Positions 47,599 through 59,588 are shown, counted from the first letter of the stretch. The stretch is 64,000 bases of DNA from an uncultured Actinomycetota bacterium (GCA_963824605.1 CAWGPZ010000006.1:72673-136672), one strand, 5' to 3'. The notes: generated by a model not told the origin, from the sequence alone. Translations and numbers: made by a program.

Positions 47599-48576
47599 TC
47601 AGCCGCCGTCGATCCAGGCAGCTACCTTGTCGGGGTTGTCGTCGATCCACTGCTGAGCGGCGTCCTCACCTGACATGCCGTCGTTCGCGATGTAGAGCGC
47701 CACCTGGTTCTGGTCGTCGTTCGTCCAGGTGAAGTTCGACACCAGATCGGCAGCCGGGCTGCCGGACGCCATGAAGTCGGCGCTCGCGATCTTGTCGAGG
47801 ATGTACTCGGGGTAGTCGCACGCGACGGTTGCCGGGTCGGCGTCGCAGCCTTCCTCCCACGCCGGGAGGTCGACCTTGACGAGCGGCACCTCGGAGAGGA
47901 ACCACTGTGGCTCGTAGAAGTAGCCGATGTAGAACTCCTTGTTCTCCTCGGCGTTGCGGAAGCCCTGGATCAGTGCGGCTTCGCTTCCGGCGTAGACGAC
48001 CTCGAAGTCGAGCTTGAGGTTCTCGACCAGAGCCTCGTCGTTGGTGACGAACGACGGGTCGCCGTCCCACAGCGTGCCCTTGTCGCCGGTCTCGGCAGTG
48101 GAGAAGTCACTCGCGTACTTGTTGAGGTTCTCCCAGTTGGTGATGTCGGGGTTCTCCTCGGCGAGCCACGGTGGCACGTACCAGCCGATGACTCCGACGT
48201 TTCCGTTGGGTCCGACGATGACCGCCGTCTCTTGCTTCTCGACGTACTCCTTCTTGAGGTCGTCGTGGCCCCAGTTCTCGATCACGACGTCAACCTTGCC
48301 AGAGCCGAAGCCCTGCCAGGCGATCTCTTCCTTGAGCTTCAGGTAGTTGGTGTTGCACCCCAGCTCCTGTGCGGCCACCTCGCCGACCACGTAGGCAGAT
48401 GCCTCGTAGCCGACCCATGGGTTGATCGCCATGTTGAAGTCACCGCAGTCGGCACCGCTGGCACTGCCACCGCTGTCAGCTTCTTCGATGTCGCCGCCGC
48501 CACAGGCGGCGAGCACCAGGCTCGCGGCGGCAGCCAAGGCGGCGGCGCGTCCGGCCCGTCTTCTCGTGATTCGCAC
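47599..48576 (-). CDS. Glycine betaine/choline ABC transporter substrate-binding lipoprotein (ProX/OpuAC type)
   Basis: Internal GTG of ORF 47599..48792, preceded by AAGAGGAG. It has a lipobox (LVLAAC) and an OpuAC fold with aromatic-cage-type residues (NPWVGYEAS, IENWGH, GWYVPPW). Confidence 0.85.
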   Translation of the reverse strand: MRITRRRAGRAAALAAAASLVLAACGGGDIEEADSGGSASGADCGDFNMAINPWVGYEASAYVVGEVAAQELGCNTNYLKLKEEIAWQGFGSGKVDVVIENWGHDDLKKEYVEKQETAVIVGPNGNVGVIGWYVPPWLAEENPDITNWENLNKYASDFSTAETGDKGTLWDGDPSFVTNDEALVENLKLDFEVVYAGSEAALIQGFRNAEENKEFYIGYFYEPQWFLSEVPLVKVDLPAWEEGCDADPATVACDYPEYILDKIASADFMASGSPAADLVSNFTWTNDDQNQVALYIANDGMSGEDAAQQWIDDNPDKVAAWIDGG

Positions 48577-48616
48577 TCGAACTCCTCTTATTCGGGCCGC
48601 AGGGGTGCGGCGTGGG

Positions 48617-50797
48617 TCAGGCACTTTCAGCGCGTCCGTAGCGCGCTGCGGTATGGACGGTGATGCGGTCGAGCATGATCCCGAGCGCCGTGATGGCGAT
48701 CCCGGCGGCGAGGCCCTTCCCGAAGTCTTCTCTCTGTGAGAAGCCGTTGATGACGAGGAAACCGAGTCCGCCGCCACCCACCAGGCCGCCAATGACGACC
48801 ATGGACAACACGAAGAGCAGGCCCTGGTTCGCTGACAGCACGATCGAGCCTTTCGACATCGGCAGCTGCACCTTGCGGATCATCTGCCAGCGACTGGTGC
48901 CGAGCGCCTGTGCGGCCTCCACGGTGGGCCCTGACACACTGCGGACGCCGTCGGCAGTGATCTTGATCGCCACCGGTGAGGCATAGAGAACCGCCGCGAT
49001 GATGGCCAGGAACCGGCCGGCGGGAAACAGAGCGAGGGCCGGCACGAGGTAGACCAAGGAGGGCAGAGTCTGCAGCCCATCGAGGAAGGGACGCACCATC
49101 GCGTCCACCCGGCGGCTGCGACCCATCCACACCCCGATCACGATGCCGAAGATCATGACGAAGAGCGTGGCCACCAGTGTCATCGTGAGCGTGACCATCG
49201 AGTCGTTCCAGAGGCCGACGGCAAAGATCAGTGAAAGACAGGACGCGGCCGGGATCAGGGCGCCGCCACCACCGACAGCAGCCGAGCCGATGAGCAGCGC
49301 CAGGACGACACCCCAGTAGATGACCCAGGACATGTCCAATGGGCTGTTTGCCCAGTAGCCCGACATCAAGACTGCGACCGCGCCCAGCGCCACGGCCGTT
49401 GCCAGTCGGGGGGTGGGGGCTTTGCCGGCACCGCCGAGCAGGATCGCGATCGCCAGGATGCCGAGTGACACGAGCCACCAGGGCGATTCGACGAACCAGG
49501 CATCCAGACCCAGGGGTGGGTTCAGGAAGACCTCGGTGAACGCGTCGCTGAGCCAACGGGTGAACGAGCCGATGGAACTGGCGATGGAGTCGGTGACGTC
49601 GTTCATCCAGTTCGCGATGTTCCGTCCCAGATCGCTCTCGGGGAACACGTTCCATCGCAACTGGTTGTGCGAGATGACCGCCACCACGACAACCACGGCA
49701 GCGGAGATGCCGAGAATGAGGCGTCGGCGCTTCTCGTCGACGTTCCGTCGCGAGGTTGCCTCCGAACGCTCTCCGGCGGCTGCAGTGGCCCGGTCGAGCA
49801 TGATCGCCATGAATACGATGCACATGCCGCTGACGAACGCGATTCCGACGTTCAGGACGCTCAGTGCCTCGATGATCGGGATACCGAGGCCAGGACCGGC
49901 GATGAATGCGGCGATGATGGCCATCGAGAGTGCGGCCATGATGGTCTGGTTCAGGCCCACGATGATCGTGCGCCTGGCCATGGGCAGCTGCACCTTGGTC
50001 ATCAACTGCGACGACGTCGACCCGAGGGCGGTCGTCGCCTCGATGGTGCTGGGCGAGACGGTGCTCAGCCCGTAGGCCGAGATGCGGATCAGCGGCGGAA
50101 GGGCGTAGATCAAGGTGGCAACGACTGCGCCAGGGTTGCCGATTCCGAAGATGAGCACGAGCGGTCCGAGGTAGGCGAACGACGGCATCGTCTGCATCGT
50201 GTCGAGCACGGGCGTCAGCGCGGAGGTCACACGTTTGCTACGCGACATCCAGATGCCGGTCGGGAGACCGATGAGTACGCAGATCACCACCGAGACACCG
50301 GTGATGATCAGGGTGTCGATGCTCTTCTCCCAGTAGCCGAGCCAGCCGAACGAGAGCATGACGGCCAAGGCCAAGATCGCAATGCGCAGGCCGGAGAACG
50401 CGTAGGCGACCCAGACGGCGAGCGCGACGACGCCGGCCCAGCCCACCTGGGCGACACCTTGGGGTCGGCTCGAGTCGGAGACGAAGATGTTCTGCAGCTG
50501 GGTGACCGTCCAGTCGAGAGCCTCGCTGATCCAGTCGATGGGCAGGAAGATCGGGTTGCCGTTGAACTTCGCCGTCTCGATCGTGTTGCGCAGCTCGTTG
50601 AGCCACTCCTGGAACGCCGTCAGCTGTGAGACGGGGAGGTCTTGAGTGCCCTTGCCCTGGAAGATCACCCCGAGCACGACCCAGACAGTAACGACGACAC
50701 CAAGGGCGATCCAGCGCAGTCGGCTGCCGCTCTCGTCCTCAGGTGGCGGGGGAGTCTCCTCGACGGGGTGCTCCACCTCGGTGAGCTCGATGGTCAC
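48617..50797 (-). CDS. Glycine betaine/proline ABC transporter permease, tandem-duplicated (two BPD_transp_1 domains)
   Basis: 726-aa membrane ORF with two EAA-loop-type segments ([23 protein letters not shown] and [23 protein letters not shown]). Confidence 0.85.
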   Translation of the reverse strand: MTIELTEVEHPVEETPPPPEDESGSRLRWIALGVVVTVWVVLGVIFQGKGTQDLPVSQLTAFQEWLNELRNTIETAKFNGNPIFLPIDWISEALDWTVTQLQNIFVSDSSRPQGVAQVGWAGVVALAVWVAYAFSGLRIAILALAVMLSFGWLGYWEKSIDTLIITGVSVVICVLIGLPTGIWMSRSKRVTSALTPVLDTMQTMPSFAYLGPLVLIFGIGNPGAVVATLIYALPPLIRISAYGLSTVSPSTIEATTALGSTSSQLMTKVQLPMARRTIIVGLNQTIMAALSMAIIAAFIAGPGLGIPIIEALSVLNVGIAFVSGMCIVFMAIMLDRATAAAGERSEATSRRNVDEKRRRLILGISAAVVVVVAVISHNQLRWNVFPESDLGRNIANWMNDVTDSIASSIGSFTRWLSDAFTEVFLNPPLGLDAWFVESPWWLVSLGILAIAILLGGAGKAPTPRLATAVALGAVAVLMSGYWANSPLDMSWVIYWGVVLALLIGSAAVGGGGALIPAASCLSLIFAVGLWNDSMVTLTMTLVATLFVMIFGIVIGVWMGRSRRVDAMVRPFLDGLQTLPSLVYLVPALALFPAGRFLAIIAAVLYASPVAIKITADGVRSVSGPTVEAAQALGTSRWQMIRKVQLPMSKGSIVLSANQGLLFVLSMVVIGGLVGGGGLGFLVINGFSQREDFGKGLAAGIAITALGIMLDRITVHTAARYGRAESA

Positions 50798-51867
50798 GAG
50801 GGCTTCTCCTCGGCCACGATCACCCGCAGGATGTCGTCCTGGTCGACGATGCCGAGAAGCTCTCCGTTGTCGACGACTTTGACGGGGTCGACGGCGTCGA
50901 TGACGCGACGCGCAGCGTCACGCACGATCGTGTCCGGCGCCATCTCGGGGCCGGTAAGGGCCTCGTCGGGTCGAGGTGGCCGCATCACCCAGGCAAGCGT
51001 CAAGACGTGCGAGCGTGGCACCTCGCTGACGAAGTCGCGCACGTAGTCGTCGGCGGGGGTGGCAACGACCTCGGCCGGCGTCCCCATCTGCACCAGTGCT
51101 CCGTCGCGCATGATCAGAATGCGATCACCCAGCTTCAGGGCCTCAGCGAGGTCGTGGGTGATGAAGACCATGGTCTTGCCGACCTCGTGGTGCAGCCGAA
51201 TGACCTCGTTCTGCATGTCTCGACGAATGAGCGGGTCGAGCGCAGAGAACGGCTCATCGAAGAGCAGGATCGACGGGTCGACCGCGAGGGCCCGGGCAAG
51301 GCCCACTCGCTGCTGCATCCCGCCGGAGAGCTGGTCGGGATAGGCGTTCTCGTTGCCAGACAGCCCGACGAGGTCGACCATCTCCTGGGCGCGGTCGCGG
51401 CGGTCGGTCTTGGACGCGCCTCGCACTTCCAGGCCGTACGCCACGTTGTCTATGACCTTGCGGTGCGGCAGCAAACCAAAGTGCTGGAAGACCATCGAGA
51501 CGTGATGGCGCCGCAGCTCACGCAGCCTGGCGTCCGACATGGCCACGACGTCTTCGCCGTCGATCATGACCTGGCCCGCCGTGGGTTCGATCAGCCTGGT
51601 GAGGCAACGGACGAGAGTCGACTTGCCCGAGCCGGACAGACCCATGACGACGAACACCTCACCAGGAGCAACGTCGAAGCTAACGTCACGAACGGCGGCC
51701 GTACACCCAGTCTTGGCCAACAGCTCGGAGCGCGAGAGGTCTGCGTCAGGCGACCCGACGACCTTGTCCGCCCGTGGACCAAAGACCTTCCAGAGATCGG
51801 TCACAGTGAGGGCGGATTGCCCGTTCGTGGACGCCGTCTCGCCGACGTCGTCGACCGTGGCGGTCAT
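50794..51867 (-). CDS. Glycine betaine/proline ABC transporter ATP-binding protein (ProV/OpuAA) with C-terminal CBS pair
   Basis: 357-aa ORF with Walker A (GLSGSGKST), the signature (LSGGMQQRV), Walker B ([11 protein letters not shown]) and a CBS-like tail. Confidence 0.9.
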   Translation of the reverse strand: MTATVDDVGETASTNGQSALTVTDLWKVFGPRADKVVGSPDADLSRSELLAKTGCTAAVRDVSFDVAPGEVFVVMGLSGSGKSTLVRCLTRLIEPTAGQVMIDGEDVVAMSDARLRELRRHHVSMVFQHFGLLPHRKVIDNVAYGLEVRGASKTDRRDRAQEMVDLVGLSGNENAYPDQLSGGMQQRVGLARALAVDPSILLFDEPFSALDPLIRRDMQNEVIRLHHEVGKTMVFITHDLAEALKLGDRILIMRDGALVQMGTPAEVVATPADDYVRDFVSEVPRSHVLTLAWVMRPPRPDEALTGPEMAPDTIVRDAARRVIDAVDPVKVVDNGELLGIVDQDDILRVIVAEEKPS

Positions 51868-53565
51868 GAGGATGCTCCTTCATTGCGGGGGTCACCAGGT
51901 GGGTAGAGCGGGGAGCCTTCGTCGTAGCGGTAGAAGGGTGCCTCGGAGGGGGCAAGCGGAGTGTTGCCGATGATCAGGTCGGCAGCCTTCTCGGCGAGCA
52001 TCATCACCGGGGCGTAGATGTTTCCGTTGGTCACGTACGGGAAGGAGCTCGCATCGACGACGCGCAGACCCTCAATGTCATGGACGTTCATCGTTGCGGG
52101 ATCGAGTGACTGCGTCGTCATCGACGCCCATCTTCGCGGTGCAGGAGGGGTGCAACGCCGTTTCGGCATCGTTGCGCACCCACTCGAGGATCTCGTCGTC
52201 CGTCTCGACGGATGGGCCGGGGGAGAGCTCGCCGGCGTTGAAGGGCTCGAAAGCAGGCTGCGTCAGGATGTCGCGTGCCACGTGAACGGCCTCGGTCCAC
52301 TCGCGACGGTCCTGGTCGGTCGACAGGTAGTTGAACTGCATCGAGGGGTGCTCGAGCGGGTCGGTGGAACGGATCTTCACCCACCCTCGCGCGTCGGAGT
52401 ACATGGGGCCGATGTGCACCTGGTAGCCGTGGCCCTCGGTGGGCGACGTGCCGTCGTACCTGATCGCAATCGGCAGGAAGTGGAACATCAGGTTGGGGTA
52501 CGAGACGTCGTCGTTGCTGCGCGCGAAGCCGCCACCTTCGAAGTGGTTGGTGGCTCCGAGACCCTTGCGCTGGAAGAGCCACTGCGCACCGATGCCAGGG
52601 CGCTTCCACCACGCCAGCCCCGGAGCGATTGAGACGGGAAGCTTGCTGGCGTACTGGATGTAGACCTCGAGGTGGTCCTGCAGGTTCGCGCCAACACCCG
52701 GTAGGTCTGCGACCACGTCGATTCCGAGCGACTGCAGGTGAGCGGCATCGCCGACACCTGACAGCTGCATGAGCTGCGGGGTATTGATGGCTCCACCGCA
52801 CAGGATGACCTCGCCGGCCTGCACCGAGCGCTTCATGCGTCCGGCGCGGAGATACTCGACGCCGACTGCTCGCTTGCCGTCGAAGACCACTTTCGTGGCG
52901 TGAGCGAGCGTCTCGACGTCGAGGTTCTTGCGATCCATGACGGGGTGCAAGTAGGCGCGTGCGGCGCTCAACCGGCGCCCACGATGGATGTTGCGGTCGA
53001 ACTTGGCGAACCCCTCTTGGCGGTAGCCGTTCACATCGTCGGTCAGCGGGAAGCCGGCCTGTTGCGCCGCTTCGAAGAATGCCCCGAAGAGCGGGTTCTT
53101 GGCCGGCCCGCGCTCGAGAACCAGTGGACCGCTGCCGCCGCGCCACTCGTCGGCGCCGGCGAGGCAGTTCTCCATGCGCTTGAAATAGGGCAGGCAGTGG
53201 GCGAAGTCCCAGTTCTCCATACCCTTGTCGGCGCCCCAGCGTTCATAGTCCATGGGGTTTCCGCGCTGGAAGATCATGCCGTTGATGCTGCTGGAGCCCC
53301 CAAGAACCTTGCCGCGCGCGTGAAAGATGCGCCGATTGTTCATGTAGGGCTCTGGGTCGGTCTCGTAGCGCCAGTCGTAGAGTCGACTGCCGATCGGGAA
53401 GGGCAGCGCGGCCGGCATGTGGATGAACGGATCCCAGATGAAGTCGGGACGTCCGGCCTCCAGCACCAGCACCGAGGTGCCGGGGTCGGCACTCAACCGG
53501 TTGGCAAGGGCTGACCCGGCTGAGCCACCACCGACGATGACGATGTCGTAGCGGTCGTCGCTCAT
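51864..53565 (-). pseudogene. betA: Choline dehydrogenase (GMC oxidoreductase) with 1-nt frame disruption near 52105-52111
   Basis: [33 protein letters not shown] lies in ORF 52078..54021. The conserved C-terminus [29 protein letters not shown] lies in ORF 51864..52169, in another frame. Confidence 0.85.
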
Positions 53566-53596
53566 GCGGCGGCTCCGGGGTGTGAGGGACTGAGGG

Positions 53597-55069
53597 TCAT
53601 TTGGCGCCGAACCAGTGTTGGGGAGCCGGCGCGATGTTCCGCCAGATGTGCTTGGTCTCGCGGTACTCGGCCAGGCCGTGGTGGCCCAGCTCGCGCCCGA
53701 ACCCGGACTGCTTGTATCCACCCCACTCAGCCTGCGGCACGTACGGGTGGAAGTCGTTGATCCACACCGTGCCTGCGCGAAGACCTGCGGCCACCCGGTC
53801 TGCCTTGGCCGCATCCGACGTCCACACGGCACCGGCGAGCCCGTAGTCGGTGTCGTTGGCCAGGCGCAGCGCCTCGGCCTCGTCGGTGAAGGTCTCGACC
53901 GTGAGGACGGGACCGAAGGACTCTTCGCGCACCACCCGCATGTCGGGGGTGCAGCGGTCGAACACGGTGGGCAGGTAGTAGTAGCCGTCGGCCAGCTCCG
54001 CATCGTCCGGCCGACGCCCACCGCAGCGCAGTTCGGCGCCTTCGGCGACCCCCGCTGCGACGTACGCCTCGACTTTGGCTCGATGCCCCTCGGAGGTCAG
54101 AGGACCGGTCTCGGCCTCCTTGTCGAACGGCCCGCCGAGGCGGATTTCTTGGGCTCTTCGGACGACCTCGTCGACGAAGGCGTCATGGATCGACTCCTCG
54201 ATGAGCAGTCGGGCACCGGCGGAGCAGACCTGGCCGGAGTGCAGGAAGACCGCCGTCAGTGCCATGTCGAGTGCGGCGTCCCAGTCGGCGTCCGCGAAGA
54301 CGATGTTCGGGTTCTTGCCTCCGAGCTCGAGCGCCACCCGCTTCACGGTCGGGGCGGCCGACGCCATGATCAGGCGTCCGGTGACGAGCCCGCCGGTGAA
54401 CGACACGAGATCGACATCGGGATGCGACGAGAGCAGCGCTCCGACGTTTGGCCCCGTGCCCAGCACGAGGTTGGCAACACCGGCGGGCAGCCCGGCAGCC
54501 TCGAGCTCGCGCATGAGCAGGATGGCCGTGGAAGGGGTCAGCTCGCTGGGCTTGAGGACGAAGGTGTTTCCGGCGGCGAGAGCCGGCGCCACCTTCCACG
54601 ACGTTTGCAGGAGCGGGTAGTTCCAGGGCGTGATCAGCCCGCAGACCCCCACGGGCTCGTGCACGATGCGGCTCTGGACATCGGGTCGGTCGACGTCGAC
54701 GTCGCGATCGTCGTCCTCGGCCGCGAGCTTGGCGTAGTAGCGGAACACAGCCGTGACGTCGGCGAGGTCGTATTCAGCCTCGACCAGGCGTTTTCCGGTG
54801 TCGAGCGCCTCAGCGCGAGCGAACTCGTCGCGGTGTCGCTCAAGGGCGTCCGCCACTCGGTCGAGCAGCGCGCCGCGCTCGGCCGGAGGCGTCGAAGCCC
54901 ATGGCCCGTCATCGAACGCCGTGCGGGCGGCCTCGATCGCCGCCTCGGTGTCTTCGCTCGCGCCCTCATCGACAGTGGCGACCAGTGAGCCGTCCGCCGG
55001 ACAGCGAATCTCGCGCGTGTTGCCGTCACGCGCGCTGGTCCAGATTCCACCAATGAAGAAGTCGGGCAC
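53597..55069 (-). CDS. betB: Betaine aldehyde dehydrogenase (NAD-dependent aldehyde dehydrogenase family)
   Basis: 490-aa ORF with ALDH motifs (ELGGKNP and the catalytic Cys in GQVCSAG). The assignment to betaine aldehyde rests on context, upstream of betA and proVWX. Confidence 0.8.
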   Translation of the reverse strand: MPDFFIGGIWTSARDGNTREIRCPADGSLVATVDEGASEDTEAAIEAARTAFDDGPWASTPPAERGALLDRVADALERHRDEFARAEALDTGKRLVEAEYDLADVTAVFRYYAKLAAEDDDRDVDVDRPDVQSRIVHEPVGVCGLITPWNYPLLQTSWKVAPALAAGNTFVLKPSELTPSTAILLMRELEAAGLPAGVANLVLGTGPNVGALLSSHPDVDLVSFTGGLVTGRLIMASAAPTVKRVALELGGKNPNIVFADADWDAALDMALTAVFLHSGQVCSAGARLLIEESIHDAFVDEVVRRAQEIRLGGPFDKEAETGPLTSEGHRAKVEAYVAAGVAEGAELRCGGRRPDDAELADGYYYLPTVFDRCTPDMRVVREESFGPVLTVETFTDEAEALRLANDTDYGLAGAVWTSDAAKADRVAAGLRAGTVWINDFHPYVPQAEWGGYKQSGFGRELGHHGLAEYRETKHIWRNIAPAPQHWFGAK

Positions 55070-55190
55070 TCGGTTCCTCTCGGCCGCGGGTGCCCCTCAC
55101 CCTGCTGTGACCGCGTCCCGCCGTCAAGGGAACGTTGCGAGGACGTGACGTTGGTTCCACGCTTAGACCTCTGGTCAGATCCGCCCTAGT

Positions 55191-55640
55191 GTGGCCAGCA
55201 TGGTTGACGCCCAAAGAGCCCTGGCTGTCCAGTACTACAACCAGTCGTGGGACCTGATCGACAAGTCAGGACGCTCGCCCGCCGACGACAGGCGACTCCT
55301 GATGCTGGCAGTAGCGAGCCGGGCGCTCTGGGACGACATCGGCGGCGACGAGCAGTGGATCACCGGTGATTGGCAGGTCGCCCACGTTGCCGCACTCACT
55401 GGACACGCCAGCCTGTCACTGGAGTTCGCTGCTGCCGCCTACGAGCGGGCGACGACGGCTGACGTCCCGCTGTGGCTCAAGGCATCCACGTGCGAGGGGC
55501 TGGCCAGAGCGCACGCGGCAGCGGGTCACACTGCTGAGCGCGATGCATGGGTGGTCAAGGCGCGCGAACTGCTGGAACGCGTCGATGACCCTGACGACAG
55601 GGCGGTCATCGAGGGGCAGCTGGCGACGGTTGGCGACTGA
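55191..55640 (+). CDS. Hypothetical helical protein (149 aa)
   Basis: The ORF has good codon bias and I recognise no motif in it. The start is uncertain (GTG 55191 or ATG 55200). Confidence 0.5.
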   Translation: MASMVDAQRALAVQYYNQSWDLIDKSGRSPADDRRLLMLAVASRALWDDIGGDEQWITGDWQVAHVAALTGHASLSLEFAAAAYERATTADVPLWLKASTCEGLARAHAAAGHTAERDAWVVKARELLERVDDPDDRAVIEGQLATVGD

Positions 55641-55654
55641 TCGATCGAGGGGTC

Positions 55655-58345
55655 ATGGGGGACTCTGACGTTGGCAGGGGAGACGACCATCATGCCTTGG
55701 GTGCGCATGAGGTCCTCCTCCTGCTGGGCACCGACCCACAGGCGGGGCTGAGCCACGCCGAAGCTCGGCGCCGCCTCGAGCAGTACGGCGTCAACCGCCT
55801 GCCTTCGGGGGCCGGCGCAGGCTGGCTGAGGCGCCTTGCCCGCCAGTTCCACAACCCCCTGATCTACGTCTTGCTGGTGGCCGGTGCGGTGACGACGGTC
55901 CTGGGGGACGTCGTCGAGGCGGTGGTGATCTTCGGTGTGGTCGCTGTCAACGCCTCGGTGGGTCTGCTGCAGGAGTCGAAAGCCGAGGCGGCTCTGGACG
56001 CCCTGCGTGACCTGGTGAGAACCATCGCGCGAGTCAGGCGAGCTGGTCAGACGTCGGTCGTCGACTCAGAAGACCTGGTGCCTGGCGACCTGGTCGAGGT
56101 CGCGGCCGGCGACAAGGTGCCGGCCGACGTCAGGCTCACCACGGAGACGGACATCGAGGCCGATGAATCGATGCTCACCGGGGAGTCAGAGCCGGTGGTC
56201 AAGGACGAGGTGACGCTGCAGAGCGCGACCGTGGTGGCCGATCGTCGAAACATGCTCTACTCGGGCACGCTGGTCACCCGTGGCTCGGGTGAGGGAGTGG
56301 TGGTGGCCACAGGGGGCGCGACCGAGCTCGGCCAGATCCACCGTCTGGTCGGTGAGGTCGATCCGCTGGCGACACCTCTGACCCGCCGTCTTTCTGAGTT
56401 CAGCAAGGTCCTGACCGTCATCATCCTTGCCCTCGCGGGGGTGACCTTCGGCATCGGCGTGTGGCGAGGCGAGCCGTGGCCCGAGATGTTCAACGCCGCG
56501 GTGGCTTTGGCCGTCGGGGCGATTCCCGAGGGGCTGCCCGCCGCCGTCACGATCACGTTGGCGATCGGGGTTGGTCGGATGGCGCGTCGCCGGGCAGTTG
56601 TCCGCCGGCTACCGGCTGTCGAGACCTTGGGAAGCACGACGGTGATCTGCACGGACAAGACCGGGACGCTCACTGAGAACGTCATGACGGTGGTCGAGGT
56701 GTGGACGCCTGCTGCTCGCTACCGCGTGGAGGGCGTCGGGTACGCCGAGGGTGGCGCCATAGCCGACGTCGCCGGGCACGAGGTGTCGCCAAAGGACGCC
56801 CCAGTTCTGCGGTCGCTGGTCGAAGCCGGAGTGCTCTGCAGCGATGCCCACCTCGCAGAGGATGCAGCGCGTCGGCCCGTCGGTGATCCCACCGAGGGTG
56901 CGCTGCTCGTGCTTGCGGAGAAGGCGCAGATCGAGCCCACCCAGCTACGCGAGCAATGGGTGCGGAGCGACGTCGTGCCTTTCAGCTCTGAAGAGCGATG
57001 CATGCGTGTGCGGTGTGCCCACGGAGGTGTCGACCGGGTGATCGTCAAGGGAGCCGTTGAACGTCTTCTGGACCTCTGTGACCGCCAGCTCGTGGGTGAC
57101 GGGCAGGCGGAGGCGCTCGATCGAGGGGCCGTTCTGCGTGAGGCCGAAGGCATGGCGTCCCGCGGGCTGCGCGTCCTTGCGATCGGGGAGCGAGGGGACG
57201 GTGGGTCCTCTCGAGCGCTTGCCGACGAGCACCGCTTGGCGTTCGTCGGGCTCTTGGCCATGCACGACCCGCCGCGCGCTGCCGCGACCTCAGCGGTGGC
57301 GGCATGTCATGCGGCTGGCGTAGCCGTCAAGATGATCACTGGTGATCACGCGTCCACTGCTCTGGCCATCGCGCGTTCAGTGGGGGTCATCGATCGCGGG
57401 GATCACCGGGTTCTCTCCGGCGAGGAGCTTGCGCAGATCCCGGACTCCGACCTGCCCGAGCAGGTCGAGCAGACCGACGTCTTTGCGCGGGTGTCGCCAG
57501 AGCAGAAGCTGCGCCTCGTCGGTGCGTTGCAGCAGCGACACCACGTGGTGGCGATGACCGGCGACGGCGTCAACGACGCTCCAGCCCTGCGGCAGGCCGA
57601 CATCGGTGTGGCGATGGGGTACGGGGGCACCGAAGTGGCGAAGGAAGCGTCCGACATGGTGCTCACCGATGACGACTTCGCCACGATAGAGGCGGCCGTC
57701 GAAGAGGGCCGTGGCGTCTTCGACAACCTGACGAAGTTCATCGTCTGGACCCTTCCCACGAACATGGGCGAGGGGCTCGTGGTGCTCACGGCCATCCTGG
57801 TCGGCGCGACGCTGCCGATCCTTCCCGTGCAGATTCTCTGGATCAACATGACGACGGCGGTGGCGCTCGGGCTGATGCTGGCGTTCGAGCCGAAGGAGGC
57901 CGGGATCATGTCTCGGCCTCCCCGAGATCCACATGCACCGCTGCTCAGTCGCGCTCTGGTGCTGCGGGTCCTGCTGGTGTCGGCCGTGCTGGTGGCCGGA
58001 TCGTGGTCGGTCTACGCCTGGGAGCTGGCCGAGGGCGCGTCCGTTGCGACGGCACGTACCGCTGCGGTGAACCTGTTCGTCGTGGTCGAGGCGTTCTACC
58101 TGATCAACTGCCGCAGCCTCAACGCGTCCATCTGGAGCATTGGCTGGTTCAGCAACCGGTGGGTACTCGGTGGTTTGGCCGTGCAGGCCGTGGGACAGCT
58201 GGCCCTCACCTACCTACCGGTCATGCAGCGGCTGTTCGACACCGCTCCCATTGGTGCCACTACCTGGATCCGTATCTTGGCGATCGGTTTGTTGGCCTGG
58301 TCGGTGGTGACGGTCGACAAGATCGTCCACCGTGGTCGCTTCTAG
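55655..58345 (+). CDS. Cation-transporting P-type ATPase (P2/Ca2+- or Mg2+-type)
   Basis: 896-aa ORF with TGES, the phosphorylation site CTDKTGTLT, MTGDGVNDAPAL, and N-terminal cation-ATPase plus C-terminal TM domains. Confidence 0.9.
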   Translation: MGDSDVGRGDDHHALGAHEVLLLLGTDPQAGLSHAEARRRLEQYGVNRLPSGAGAGWLRRLARQFHNPLIYVLLVAGAVTTVLGDVVEAVVIFGVVAVNASVGLLQESKAEAALDALRDLVRTIARVRRAGQTSVVDSEDLVPGDLVEVAAGDKVPADVRLTTETDIEADESMLTGESEPVVKDEVTLQSATVVADRRNMLYSGTLVTRGSGEGVVVATGGATELGQIHRLVGEVDPLATPLTRRLSEFSKVLTVIILALAGVTFGIGVWRGEPWPEMFNAAVALAVGAIPEGLPAAVTITLAIGVGRMARRRAVVRRLPAVETLGSTTVICTDKTGTLTENVMTVVEVWTPAARYRVEGVGYAEGGAIADVAGHEVSPKDAPVLRSLVEAGVLCSDAHLAEDAARRPVGDPTEGALLVLAEKAQIEPTQLREQWVRSDVVPFSSEERCMRVRCAHGGVDRVIVKGAVERLLDLCDRQLVGDGQAEALDRGAVLREAEGMASRGLRVLAIGERGDGGSSRALADEHRLAFVGLLAMHDPPRAAATSAVAACHAAGVAVKMITGDHASTALAIARSVGVIDRGDHRVLSGEELAQIPDSDLPEQVEQTDVFARVSPEQKLRLVGALQQRHHVVAMTGDGVNDAPALRQADIGVAMGYGGTEVAKEASDMVLTDDDFATIEAAVEEGRGVFDNLTKFIVWTLPTNMGEGLVVLTAILVGATLPILPVQILWINMTTAVALGLMLAFEPKEAGIMSRPPRDPHAPLLSRALVLRVLLVSAVLVAGSWSVYAWELAEGASVATARTAAVNLFVVVEAFYLINCRSLNASIWSIGWFSNRWVLGGLAVQAVGQLALTYLPVMQRLFDTAPIGATTWIRILAIGLLAWSVVTVDKIVHRGRF

Positions 58346-58349
58346 ACCG

Positions 58350-59588
58350 TCAGCGCGACTCGAGTGCCTCGCGGATCGCCAACAGCTTGGTCTGCGACTC
58401 GGCCAGCTCGTCGGTGGGAACGGACCCGGCCACGATTCCGCAGCCTGCGAACATGCGCAGCGTGCGCTCGTCGTCCGGGTCGATCTGCGCGCATCGCAGG
58501 GCGATGCCGAAGGCTCCATCGCCCCGGGAGTCGATCCAGCCCACGGGGCCCGCGTACCGGCCGCGGTCCATCTCCTCCAGCTCGCGGATGAGCGCGCGTG
58601 CTCGCCCGGTGGGCGTTCCGCAGACGGCTGCGGTGGGATGCAGTGATGCTGCGAGGTCGAGCGCCGACTCGCCGTTCGCGAGTCGGCCGGTGATGTCGGT
58701 CTGCAGGTGCTGGACGTTCGCCAGTCGGACCACCTCGGGTGCACGCGGCACCACGAGGTCGGAGCAGAACGGCCCCAGGGTCTGTGACACCGACTGCACG
58801 GCGAGCTCGTGCTCGACGCGGTCCTTGTCGGACGCCAGCAGGTCGGCCGCATGTTGTGCGTCGACCACGGCATCGCTGCTTCGCGGGGTCGTTCCTGCCA
58901 GGACGCGTGAGACGACGTGATCACCGGTGCGGCGGACGAGCAGCTCTGGGGTCGCTCCGACCAGGCCGTCGACGGCGAAGGTCCAGCAGCTGGGGTACAT
59001 ACGCGAGAGGGGGCCGAGCAGTGCGCGCGCGTCGATCGGGTTCTCCGTGCTGGCCACCAGGTCGCGCGCAAGGACCACCTTGTCGAGAGCTCCAGCGGCA
59101 ATGTTTCGAACCGCAGCCTCGACGGCGCGCTCGAAGCCGGCCGACGTCACGCTGCCGTCGCTGTACCGCACCTGTCCCGCTGCCCTGATGGGCCTGGTGT
59201 CGGGAAGTGCTGCGTCGGCGTCGCCGATCGTGGTCACCCAGGAGGCGCCGTCGCGGCGTCCGACGATGACGCTGGGGACGATGACGATCGACGTGCCCGG
59301 GCCGTCATCGAAGGTGAACGAGGCAAACGCCACCGGCCCTGACCCTGGCACATGGACCTGGTCGTCGATCTCGAGCGACGCGCAGAGCTCCTTCCACCAG
59401 CGAGCAGCCTGGGCGAAGCGGTCGGGGCCGGAGACCGTGAGTCTGGCGGCCTCACCCCAGGCGGCAAACCCGTCGGTTCCTCGCGTCCACGTCACGACCT
59501 GGTTGTCAGGGAGGGTGTCGAGGAGCGGGCCGGGATCGGCAACGGGCACTGAGCGCGCAAGGGTGCGGGTACGCGCGGTGGTGCTCAC
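58350..59588 (-). CDS. menF: Isochorismate synthase
   Basis: 412-aa chorismate-binding ORF ([29 protein letters not shown]) in men gene context. Confidence 0.85.
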   Translation of the reverse strand: MSTTARTRTLARSVPVADPGPLLDTLPDNQVVTWTRGTDGFAAWGEAARLTVSGPDRFAQAARWWKELCASLEIDDQVHVPGSGPVAFASFTFDDGPGTSIVIVPSVIVGRRDGASWVTTIGDADAALPDTRPIRAAGQVRYSDGSVTSAGFERAVEAAVRNIAAGALDKVVLARDLVASTENPIDARALLGPLSRMYPSCWTFAVDGLVGATPELLVRRTGDHVVSRVLAGTTPRSSDAVVDAQHAADLLASDKDRVEHELAVQSVSQTLGPFCSDLVVPRAPEVVRLANVQHLQTDITGRLANGESALDLAASLHPTAAVCGTPTGRARALIRELEEMDRGRYAGPVGWIDSRGDGAFGIALRCAQIDPDDERTLRMFAGCGIVAGSVPTDELAESQTKLLAIREALESR

